Virus record (IMG/VR): IMGVR_UViG_2974723488_000001
Coordinates: 1 to 64,000 of that record
DNA from: a virus
Taxonomy: Duplodnaviria > Caudoviricetes
Direction: 5' to 3' (one strand)
Length of the DNA stretch: 64,000 bases
Shown here piece after piece: positions 17,061 to 24,888 of the stretch (within the stretch, counting starts at the first letter, position 1; the number at the start of each line of letters is the position of its first letter). The notes below the pieces were generated by a model. The model worked only from the letters and a program-made list of their open reading frames with translations. It had not been told where the DNA came from and did not search any database. A program made the translations under genes and the position numbers.

Positions 17061-17179
17061 GGGCGTAGTGATGGAATGGCTAGACATAAAGTCCAACGAT
17101 AGGCTGCGAAGCTGACAATAGGACTTGGGCGTCAACCGCGAGGTCGCCGTGCAGGTTCGAGTCCTGCCTACAATGCCCA
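17061..17179 (+). tRNA. atypical tRNA-Leu-like RNA (26-nt anticodon loop, bulged acceptor stem)
   Basis: ATG-GAATGGCTAGA-CAT D arm; AAGTCC/GGACTT stem; long variable arm; GCAGG-TTCGAGT-CCTGC T arm. Confidence 0.7.
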
Positions 17180-17274
17180 AATACAGAATTCGCTCGAAGC
17201 TTCGGCTTGAGAGGTAGACCGCTGAGAAATCCAGGCGGGCAGTGCGGTGGAAACCCGCCAAACCCAACAACAAG

Positions 17275-17303
17275 AAGCCAGAGCAGCCAAGCTCTGGCTT
17301 TTT
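17275..17303 (+). terminator. Rho-independent terminator closing the ncRNA locus
   Basis: AAGCCAGAGC-6nt-GCTCTGGCTT-TTT. Confidence 0.8.
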
Positions 17304-17319
17304 CATTTTCTCAATCATC

Positions 17320-17643
17320 ATGATCCAAAAACACAACAAAGAATCGCTCCAAGAAATCCTCCAGGAGCATGAGCACGTCGTCGTCCGCTTCACTGCTGAG
17401 TGGTGCGGTCCCTGCAAACAATTCGCCCCGGCCTTCAACGAAGTGGCCGTGGAGAACCAGACCAGCAACATCATCTTCGTGGTGATCGATGCTGATGAGC
17501 AACGTGAACTGGCAGCAGAGTTCGGCATCCGTGGCTTGCCCTCGGTGCTGTTCTTCGTGCATGGCCAGATCGTTGGTCGTGTCTCCGGCACCATGACTAC
17601 GGATAAGTTCCGTGAAGTGATGCAGAAGCAATTCACTCGTTGA
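17320..17643 (+). CDS. thioredoxin
   Basis: FTAEWCGPCK active site, GIRGLPS. Confidence 0.92.
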   Translation: MIQKHNKESLQEILQEHEHVVVRFTAEWCGPCKQFAPAFNEVAVENQTSNIIFVVIDADEQRELAAEFGIRGLPSVLFFVHGQIVGRVSGTMTTDKFREVMQKQFTR

Positions 17644-17657
17644 ACCAAGGAGGACGT

Positions 17658-17951
17658 ATGTTTCCTGACTTCGCTGGACTTGAAGCACGCATCCTGCTTG
17701 ATCTCGCAACGAAAGGAAGCTCAACGTCCATGGTCTACATGAACGACAAGGGAGAGGTACTTAGGCAAATCATGGAGATGCATGATCTCTTTGATGAGCC
17801 TTCCTCTATCGAACGTAAGGCCCACGCCCTGATCGATGAACTCTGGAACAAAAAGGACATCAAGATCTGGGTAGACGACCTCGTATCAATCCCGGAACCT
17901 AAGCCCAAGAAGAAGGGCTTGCCTTGGTTCCATCACCGTAGGAGATGGTAA
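17658..17951 (+). CDS. hypothetical protein
   Basis: AGGAGG RBS before ATG 17658. Confidence 0.65.
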   Translation: MFPDFAGLEARILLDLATKGSSTSMVYMNDKGEVLRQIMEMHDLFDEPSSIERKAHALIDELWNKKDIKIWVDDLVSIPEPKPKKKGLPWFHHRRRW

Positions 17952-18151
17952 TGCGTCATCGTTTTCTCATGCCCACCAGTCCGGGCGATATCGCCGTTCA
18001 GGCCATGCAGCGTGTGCAAGCAGTCGCACGTCTCCATGGATGGGATGGAAAAAGCTCGGTCACCGAGTGGCTGGATAGACAACTCACCGAAGGGAACCAA
18101 GCCAAGCAGATCGTACAACCGTGGGAAGAAAACTCCCTCAAGGGTGCGTAA
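17951..18151 (+). CDS. hypothetical protein
   Basis: TAATG coupling. Confidence 0.55.
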   Translation: MRHRFLMPTSPGDIAVQAMQRVQAVARLHGWDGKSSVTEWLDRQLTEGNQAKQIVQPWEENSLKGA

Positions 18152-18363
18152 TGACCCGCCGTATCGATCACTGGAATGGAAACCGCAACGAGGCGTTCTA
18201 TTCCTCCCACCCCACCCGACTCCAAGAGATCAGGGATCGGACCAACAATCAGATCCCTTTCAACTGGAAGACCCGCAAGTGTGTGTGCTGTAAACGCAGC
18301 AGGAGTCTCACACAATTCAATGGCGACAGTGCTACCTGCAAGCGTTGCCCTCCGGAGAAGTGA
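18151..18363 (+). CDS. small zinc-ribbon protein
   Basis: TAATG coupling; CVCC...CKRC. Confidence 0.6.
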   Translation: MTRRIDHWNGNRNEAFYSSHPTRLQEIRDRTNNQIPFNWKTRKCVCCKRSRSLTQFNGDSATCKRCPPEK

Positions 18364-18365
18364 GA

Positions 18366-18830
18366 ATGCGTACTCCATTCTTTCGTCCTCGGCAGAAGCC
18401 TAAAAAGCTGCCGATCATGTTCCGTGGTTCGACCCAGATGGAGAATGAAATTCTCCTGGTCAATCACGCCTATTTCGACAACATCGTCAATGGTCGAGGC
18501 GATGTTGAGATGTACCTGACCATAGTGTTCCGCACTCTTGCTGGTCTTCAGATGGCTGAACCCATGGACCAGAAGGAAGAGATCCAAGTCATCATCAAGA
18601 AGGCATTGGGTTCTCTCTGGTTCGTTGGCGAACGGATCCTCAAGAAACACAAAGTAGGCTTCAGTGGTAACGAGATGATCGCTATCAAGGAAGCACTGGT
18701 GCTGATTGATGAACTCCACAAAGCAACTACCCGCCTTGATCATCGCAACATCTACGCTGATGTGGCATTCAAGGTCGGTGGCATGACGTTGACCATGCAA
18801 TCCCTCGAACCTTTCAAGGATTCCGTATGA
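18366..18830 (+). CDS. hypothetical protein
   Basis: GGAG RBS; helical, phage-like codon usage. Confidence 0.65.
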   Translation: MRTPFFRPRQKPKKLPIMFRGSTQMENEILLVNHAYFDNIVNGRGDVEMYLTIVFRTLAGLQMAEPMDQKEEIQVIIKKALGSLWFVGERILKKHKVGFSGNEMIAIKEALVLIDELHKATTRLDHRNIYADVAFKVGGMTLTMQSLEPFKDSV

Positions 18831-19735
18831 ATCAGATCCGTGCCACCGTCATCGCTGACAGCATCAGTCCCGATGGCATTCGCCTGACCACTTTCGAGTT
18901 GGTCTATCACCGTTTCATCCACTCCGAATTCATGACCCACCGCATGGTGTCCAAGAACTCGGCCAGCAGTCGTGCCATTCCCACGGCCAAGCTGCTGGAG
19001 CAAGTCCGAACCAGTCCCATGATGCCCATCCACTGGGGGCAGAACCAGAAGGGAATGCAGGCCGGACAGGAACTCACGGCTCGTGGTCGTGAAGAAGCCG
19101 AAGCTCGCTGGCTGTGGGCAGCAGCACAAGCAGCCGATGCTGCTGAAGGAATGCTGGAAGCTGGTCTGCACAAGCAGATCGCCAACCGTGTTCTGGAACC
19201 CTTCATCGCCATGCGAGTCATCGCTACGGCCACCGAATGGAACAACTTCTTCCACCTGCGACTGCACCCCGATGCCCAGCCTGAAATCCAGGAACTGGCC
19301 AAGCAGATGCGTATTGCCCGTGAAGCAGCAACGCCTACCCTGCTGCATCCCGGCATGTGGCACCTGCCGTACATCACCCCGAAGGATACGGTGGATGTGG
19401 TCAATCATCTGAAGTATGGCCGCATCACTCGTGACGAACCGAGACAGAGCGAAATCATCAACATGCTGCGCATGATCAGCGTGGCTCGCTGCGCCCGAGT
19501 GTCCTACAACAACTTCGAGGGCCGTCCCTCGTTTGTGCAGGAAGACCTCGCACTGTACGACAAGCTGGTCGGCAGCAGCCCTCTGCATGCCAGCCCCACC
19601 GAGCACCAAGCCACTCCCGATTACGTCGATGACGTTGAAGGGAAATCCAAGTGGATGAGTCCCGAACTTCACGGGAACCTGAATGGCTGGATCCAGTACC
19701 GCAAGACGCTGGAAGGCGAAAACGTTCCCGGTTAA
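18827..19735 (+). CDS. thyX: FAD-dependent thymidylate synthase
   Basis: EFMTHRMVSKNSASSRAIP, NFFHLRLHPDAQPEI, RCARVSY, HASPTEHQA. Confidence 0.92.
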   Translation: MNQIRATVIADSISPDGIRLTTFELVYHRFIHSEFMTHRMVSKNSASSRAIPTAKLLEQVRTSPMMPIHWGQNQKGMQAGQELTARGREEAEARWLWAAAQAADAAEGMLEAGLHKQIANRVLEPFIAMRVIATATEWNNFFHLRLHPDAQPEIQELAKQMRIAREAATPTLLHPGMWHLPYITPKDTVDVVNHLKYGRITRDEPRQSEIINMLRMISVARCARVSYNNFEGRPSFVQEDLALYDKLVGSSPLHASPTEHQATPDYVDDVEGKSKWMSPELHGNLNGWIQYRKTLEGENVPG

Positions 19736-19749
19736 TTCGGGTTTTGTGA

Positions 19750-19774
19750 GGGGGCATTCGCCCCCGTTCCTTTT
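19750..19774 (+). terminator. Rho-independent terminator
   Basis: GGGGGC-ATTC-GCCCCC followed by GTTCCTTTT. Confidence 0.55.
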
Positions 19775-19795
19775 CATATACACAAGGAGTCTGTA

Positions 19796-22339
19796 GTGAA
19801 AGTCACTCACGAAGAAGGTCATATCACCCACGCCGTCGTGGGTGGCTTGGACGCAATTGAATGCGGTATCACTGGTGATGCCCACTTCATGCACATGCTG
19901 TCCGCATCGCTGTACAAGAATCCCACGATGGCCATGTGCCGTGAAGTCCTCTGCAACGCATGGGACGCACACATAATGGTCAGCAAGACCGATCCCATCA
20001 AGATCACGGTTGATCGTGATGAACTGATCATCCAGGACTTCGGCCCCGGCATTCACCACGACAAGATCGGCCCGATCTACGGGGTCTATGGGGCCAGTAC
20101 CAAGAAGAACGATGGTCGCCAAACTGGCGGCTTCGGCTTGGGCTGCAAGTCTCCCTGGTCCTACACCGATACCTTCGAGGTGGTCTCCTGCCACGAAGGA
20201 CAGAAGGCCATCTACCAGATGACCAAATCGGCGTCGGAACGCCAAGGCAAGCCCAGCATCAAACCCATCGTGGTCGGTATCCCGACTACGGATACGGGTA
20301 TCACGGTCACCATTCGCCTGAAGAATGGTGACTCCGGCGAGATCATGCGCTACGTCAAGCAGACGCTGTACTACGGCGGCATTCCCGCTGAGATCAATGG
20401 CAAGCTGTATCCGGTGCTCCCCTACCAGGAAGCGACGGATAACTGGATCCTTGCGAACCAGTTGAACGGCGACAAGTACCCCATCATGGTTCGCTACGGC
20501 AACGTGGTCTATCCAATCAACGAACAGGATGAGTACCAGAACGAATACCGTGAAGTCAGTCGCTTTCTCAAGAGCCTGCCTCGAAACGAGAACGGCTATG
20601 CCCTGATCTTCTCGGCGGAGCCGGATAGCCTCACCCCGACTCCCAGCCGGGATGAACTCACCATGATCGACATGACCGTCGAGACTCTGAAGAAGCTGCT
20701 CGCTGGCTTCGTGGACACGCTCAAGCGTGATGGTGACACGGTGGTCAAGGAACGTTCGGTGGAGCGGATCAAGGATCTGTTCCAGCAGAAGCCGCTTGCA
20801 ATCTTGGAATGGGATGGTGAATCCGTTCCCCCCAAGCGTGCAGCGAATTCCTTCTTCGACAACACCAGCTACTACAGCAGTCTGAAGAAGCCGATCACCG
20901 ACTTCGGTGATGTGGTGGACCTGTCCATCGACTCCCGCTATCCGGGCAAGTACATCGCTGGTTTCCGCAAGCTGGACCTGTCCACTCGCTGGGATCTGTG
21001 GAAGACGGTACCGGGGCTGGACAAGCGACTGGTGGAAAGCTTCGGCCGGCATCTGGCAATGGGCTATGGCGACAAGCCGACTCAAGCCCAGCTCCGTTGG
21101 TTTACGCGCAACGTCACCGGCTACATCGTCAAGAAGGCGATGAAGCAGGACTACGAACTGAAGTTGGAAAACTTCTACTTCGTGGGCGGCGGCAATCGCA
21201 CTCGTAGCTGGCACAAGTGGCCGACCTCTCTGGATCGTGTGATGTACAACGTCCACGAAGCGATGGCTACCCAGATGTGGGCGATGGCTCCGTACCTGAA
21301 GAACCGCATCGTGCTGACCCATGGAAAGAATGCCATCATGGATCGCATGTCACAGCATCCGCAGTACAAGGATCTTCCCTACCAGGAACGAACCGGATGG
21401 CTGCTGTACGTGGTTCCCCGCTCACCGAAGCGGGCTTCTGAAGCACTGGCCTTCTTCCAAGGTCTGGGCATGGATGTCATTGACATGATGCCTATCCATG
21501 CCTGGGAGGACGATGAGTTCAAGCCCAAGAAGCGTGAGAAGCCCTTGGTTCCCGTCGTCAAAAAGCCCAAGAAGACCGGCTACATCTGCCTGTCTGCTTC
21601 GTTGAAGGATGGTGTGTACAACCCCTACGAATATGCTCGTGACAACGAAGACGCTGAACGAATCGAACAGCCTCTGTTCTATGTCACGCTCAAGCCGAAG
21701 GGACGCCATGGCTATGACATGAGCCTCAACTCTCTGTCTGACCGTGAATCCAGGAATGCGGTTGAACTGTACGGTAAGTACGGTGCAATCATTCAACTGG
21801 AAAAAGCCATCACCGAAGCAACGAAGAATGGTGCAGTGGTCATGGAAGAATGGGTTCCTCAGCGAGTCCTGCAAGAAATGACCACCAACAAGCGGATTCG
21901 CCAATACTTTGCGATCTCTGCGAAGGCAGCTTCCAAGTTGCCGGACTGGACCAGCGAACTTGGTTCTGTAGTTAGCTTGATCGCTAACGATCCGGTGTTG
22001 CAGACCAAGTATGGGATTGTCAATCCCATGACTCCGCGAGACAAGGTGCTGTTGAATCTGTTCGCATCCATGGTTGGACAGATGCATCATTACTATGGCC
22101 GCTTCCACGGTGTACCGGAAGCAATTCGTACAGGGTTCCGTAAGATGGAAGCCACCCTGGACGAGATCAAACCCGCACCGGAGGTTGTTTCTTTGGTGCA
22201 GATGGCCAAGGACAACACGATTCTGTCGTGCTTGAGCATCAGCAAGATCAATCAGATCCTGCATAGCATCAAACCCGAGGACATTCTTCTCCACGAAAGT
22301 GTCCGCAATTTGTTCATCAACGCCCTTGAGGGCAAGTGA
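19796..22339 (+). CDS. rIIA: rIIA-like protein (GHKL ATPase N-domain)
   Basis: LYKNP..CREVLCNAWDAH, DFGPGI, GASTK, GGFGLGCKSP. Confidence 0.9.
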   Translation: MKVTHEEGHITHAVVGGLDAIECGITGDAHFMHMLSASLYKNPTMAMCREVLCNAWDAHIMVSKTDPIKITVDRDELIIQDFGPGIHHDKIGPIYGVYGASTKKNDGRQTGGFGLGCKSPWSYTDTFEVVSCHEGQKAIYQMTKSASERQGKPSIKPIVVGIPTTDTGITVTIRLKNGDSGEIMRYVKQTLYYGGIPAEINGKLYPVLPYQEATDNWILANQLNGDKYPIMVRYGNVVYPINEQDEYQNEYREVSRFLKSLPRNENGYALIFSAEPDSLTPTPSRDELTMIDMTVETLKKLLAGFVDTLKRDGDTVVKERSVERIKDLFQQKPLAILEWDGESVPPKRAANSFFDNTSYYSSLKKPITDFGDVVDLSIDSRYPGKYIAGFRKLDLSTRWDLWKTVPGLDKRLVESFGRHLAMGYGDKPTQAQLRWFTRNVTGYIVKKAMKQDYELKLENFYFVGGGNRTRSWHKWPTSLDRVMYNVHEAMATQMWAMAPYLKNRIVLTHGKNAIMDRMSQHPQYKDLPYQERTGWLLYVVPRSPKRASEALAFFQGLGMDVIDMMPIHAWEDDEFKPKKREKPLVPVVKKPKKTGYICLSASLKDGVYNPYEYARDNEDAERIEQPLFYVTLKPKGRHGYDMSLNSLSDRESRNAVELYGKYGAIIQLEKAITEATKNGAVVMEEWVPQRVLQEMTTNKRIRQYFAISAKAASKLPDWTSELGSVVSLIANDPVLQTKYGIVNPMTPRDKVLLNLFASMVGQMHHYYGRFHGVPEAIRTGFRKMEATLDEIKPAPEVVSLVQMAKDNTILSCLSISKINQILHSIKPEDILLHESVRNLFINALEGK

Positions 22340-22350
22340 GGATTTATCCC

Positions 22351-23991
22351 ATGCAAACCAAGATGAAGGTCAAGGCATTCGTGGTGACGACCAGCGAACT
22401 GACGCTGTACTCGGACCTCGGTGTGCCGTATCACATTCGCCAAGGTGATCCCCGTGTGGCACGCATCGTCGAAGAAATCCAGGGACCGATCTCCCTGGGT
22501 CAAGTCGTCGAAGTCGTGGTGGACGGTGAAGACACCCCGGTGGTGGAACCGGCCGATACCCGCAACTACTTCGCTGAAGCCGAACAGCAGTCCAACGGCG
22601 TGGTCCGCTTCTTCCGCGCCAGCCGTCGCCTGATCCGTGAACTCTTCTCCAAGAAAACGGAACCGGTCCAGGAACCGGAAACCGCCAAGTTCGTCAATCC
22701 GACGAGCGGTGGTGTCATCCCCGGTTCCCAGGAACCGGAAAAAGCGAAGACGCCGGAAGCCTGCCCGGTGACCCAAGCCAACGCCATCTCCGAAATCATG
22801 GCCAATGCCGTGCCTTCCACTGCACCCGACTTCAAGGTGCCGGAAGGCGTGGAAGCGGACCAAGATACCGGCGATACCGTGGTGGCCGTGGTCAACGGTA
22901 CGGTGATCCCGGATGCTCACGAACTGGCTCCCCAGATCAAGCACGCCGTGATCTCGAACAGCACCCTGGGTATCCAGAACCTCATGGCTCGCCTGTCGGC
23001 CGTGGCCCGCAAGCGTGGTCACTCCGTCGAAGACCTCATGAAGTTCATGAAGCTGGGTGACCTGCCGGTGACGGACAAGGGCGACATCGTGGCCTACAAG
23101 GCACTGCGTCGTCGTCAACTGCCCGGCTACGACAACCGCTTCAAGTTCGTGGACATCCACTCCGGCAACGTTCCCCAACGTGTCGGCTCCTTCGTCCACA
23201 TGGACGAGAAGCTGGTGGATCCCGACCGTCGGCAGGACTGCTCGAATGGCCTGCACATCGCCAGCCGCTCCTACCTGGGATCGTTCCGTGGCGACGTGTG
23301 CGTCATGGTTCTGATCCGTCCGGAAGACGTGATCGCGGTGCCGGAGTACAGCGTCAACAAGATGCGTGTCTGCGGCTACCACATCATCGCTGAACTGACC
23401 CAATCCCAGTACAACAAGGTGCTGAACAATCAGCCCCTTACGGACGAGGAAAGCGGCGAACTGCTGCTGGGTCGCATCATGTCCGGTCACCACATCAACG
23501 TGACCAACAAGGTGCAGATCGGCGGTCATCGTGGAACCAAGATCACGATCACCGAGATCGACAAGGCCGACCAGACGGATCTGTCCCCGGAAGTCCAGGT
23601 GGCACCACCTTCGGTCGAAACGGCCCAGGTCACCGAGGCTCCGGCCAAGACGGAAACGGAAAAGCCCCAGGAAGCCGCCAAAACGGCCCCCAAGGCTCCG
23701 AAACGTCGAGTCAAGGCCATCGACACCAAGGATCCGAAAAAGCCCGCCAGCAAGGCCGCAAAGCCCGCTGGCAAGGTGGTCTCGGCCAAGGATGTTCTGA
23801 CCAAGGTCAAGCTGACCCAAGCCGAAGAAGCCCAGAAGCTCTTCAAGGAGTACGCCAACGCCAAGACCAAGTCGGCTGAAATCGCCGCTGCCAAGGCGCT
23901 GCTGAACTTCAAGAAGCAAGCCAAGAAGGGCTGGGCGGTCCTGGGCCTGCCGGATGACACCGGCACGGAACTGACCAAGGTCATTTCCTGA
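22351..23991 (+). CDS. rIIB: rIIB-like protein
   Basis: LPVTDKGDIVAYK, DIHSG, CSNGLHIAS, PEDVIAVP, KMRVCGY. Confidence 0.88.
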   Translation: MQTKMKVKAFVVTTSELTLYSDLGVPYHIRQGDPRVARIVEEIQGPISLGQVVEVVVDGEDTPVVEPADTRNYFAEAEQQSNGVVRFFRASRRLIRELFSKKTEPVQEPETAKFVNPTSGGVIPGSQEPEKAKTPEACPVTQANAISEIMANAVPSTAPDFKVPEGVEADQDTGDTVVAVVNGTVIPDAHELAPQIKHAVISNSTLGIQNLMARLSAVARKRGHSVEDLMKFMKLGDLPVTDKGDIVAYKALRRRQLPGYDNRFKFVDIHSGNVPQRVGSFVHMDEKLVDPDRRQDCSNGLHIASRSYLGSFRGDVCVMVLIRPEDVIAVPEYSVNKMRVCGYHIIAELTQSQYNKVLNNQPLTDEESGELLLGRIMSGHHINVTNKVQIGGHRGTKITITEIDKADQTDLSPEVQVAPPSVETAQVTEAPAKTETEKPQEAAKTAPKAPKRRVKAIDTKDPKKPASKAAKPAGKVVSAKDVLTKVKLTQAEEAQKLFKEYANAKTKSAEIAAAKALLNFKKQAKKGWAVLGLPDDTGTELTKVIS

Positions 23992-24007
23992 TGGTCTGAT
24001 CCCTCCT

Positions 24008-24038
24008 GATACCTCTAGTGATATAAACTAGAGGTATC
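24008..24038. promoter_or_regulatory. perfect 12-bp inverted repeat before the HTH gene (operator or terminator)
   Basis: GATACCTCTAGT-GATATAA-ACTAGAGGTATC then TTTT. Confidence 0.55.
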
Positions 24039-24054
24039 TTTTATGGAGAAGATC

Positions 24055-24582
24055 ATGGCCAAAGTCTACCGGGTCAACCGGAAAGCCAAGGACGAGGACA
24101 TCCTCCGCATGAACTATGTGGGGATGTCCTTGGGCACCATTGCCCGAACTCTCGGTGTTCATCCGACCACCGTAACCCTGCGACTTCAGAATCTGAACGT
24201 GGAACCTGCCGACACCCGTCGGACTTTCATGGAACACGTCCTGAAGCCGCTCCCTGTGCATATCGCTGACTGGCTGGCTGATCAACTCGGCCCGACCTAC
24301 CAGATTCGCCAGTACGTGCGTGATCTGATCCAGGAAGCCTATGACAAACGTTTCGAGAAGATAGGAACTGCTCATGAGCGACATCTTGAAAAATACGGTG
24401 GCGTGGTTCCACGCAGCCACCCCCAACCCGACGCAGCAGAACATCAGCACGCAGATGGGTTGTCACTTCGAGGAAGTGAAGGAAATGGTGGACTGCCTGA
24501 CGCCGCGAACCAAGGAAGCCCAGGTGATCCTGCAACAAGCGCAGGCAGCACTGGACAACCTGGCGGGGCTGATGAAGCGTGA
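24055..24582 (+). CDS. HTH DNA-binding protein (N4 gp35-like) with C-terminal run-on into the next gene
   Basis: GMSLGTIARTLGVHPTTVTLRL helix-turn-helix; GGAG RBS before ATG 24055. Confidence 0.75.
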   Translation: MAKVYRVNRKAKDEDILRMNYVGMSLGTIARTLGVHPTTVTLRLQNLNVEPADTRRTFMEHVLKPLPVHIADWLADQLGPTYQIRQYVRDLIQEAYDKRFEKIGTAHERHLEKYGGVVPRSHPQPDAAEHQHADGLSLRGSEGNGGLPDAANQGSPGDPATSAGSTGQPGGADEA

Positions 24583-24832
24583 TGCCACGGCCATCGGCCT
24601 GCACCCTTCGGACTACGTGGATTTCGTGGACAGCCTGGGCGATCAGATCGTTACGGCGACTGGCTCCGGAACTTATTTGGGGATGGATGTCCCCGGAGCC
24701 TTGGACGAGATCAACAAGTCCAATCACTCCAAGTTCGTCGATGGCAAACCGGTCCGTGATCCGGACAGCCAGAAGATCCTGAAAGGGCCGGACTACTTCA
24801 AGGCCAACCTGAAGCCGTTCGTTCCGAAATAA
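24374..24832 (+). CDS. MazG-like/NTP pyrophosphohydrolase (N4 gp36-like)
   Basis: GCHFEEVKE, DSLGDQIVT, SNHSKF, KILKGPDY. Confidence 0.85.
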   Translation: MSDILKNTVAWFHAATPNPTQQNISTQMGCHFEEVKEMVDCLTPRTKEAQVILQQAQAALDNLAGLMKRDATAIGLHPSDYVDFVDSLGDQIVTATGSGTYLGMDVPGALDEINKSNHSKFVDGKPVRDPDSQKILKGPDYFKANLKPFVPK

Positions 24833-24847
24833 GAAACCCCAGTACAT

Positions 24848-24868
24848 AAACCGCCTTCGGGCGGTTTT
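24848..24868 (+). terminator. Rho-independent terminator
   Basis: AAACCGCC-TTCG-GGCGGTTTT. Confidence 0.8.
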
Positions 24869-24888
24869 GTCGTCTCCAGAGGGCCAAC

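Larger units (their letters stand above)
15940..17303 (+). ncRNA. gene-free, densely structured non-coding RNA locus
   Basis: no ORF with phage codon usage; more than 15 stem-loops found by eye, four T-arm-like elements, terminator at the 3' end. Confidence 0.7.

Noticed and set aside
14957-24832. Modified-base DNA pathway (dcd, thyX, MazG-like)
   Set aside because: Ordinary dTTP-supply genes of N4-likes; no hydroxymethylase, PurZ or deazaguanine genes recognised in this window.
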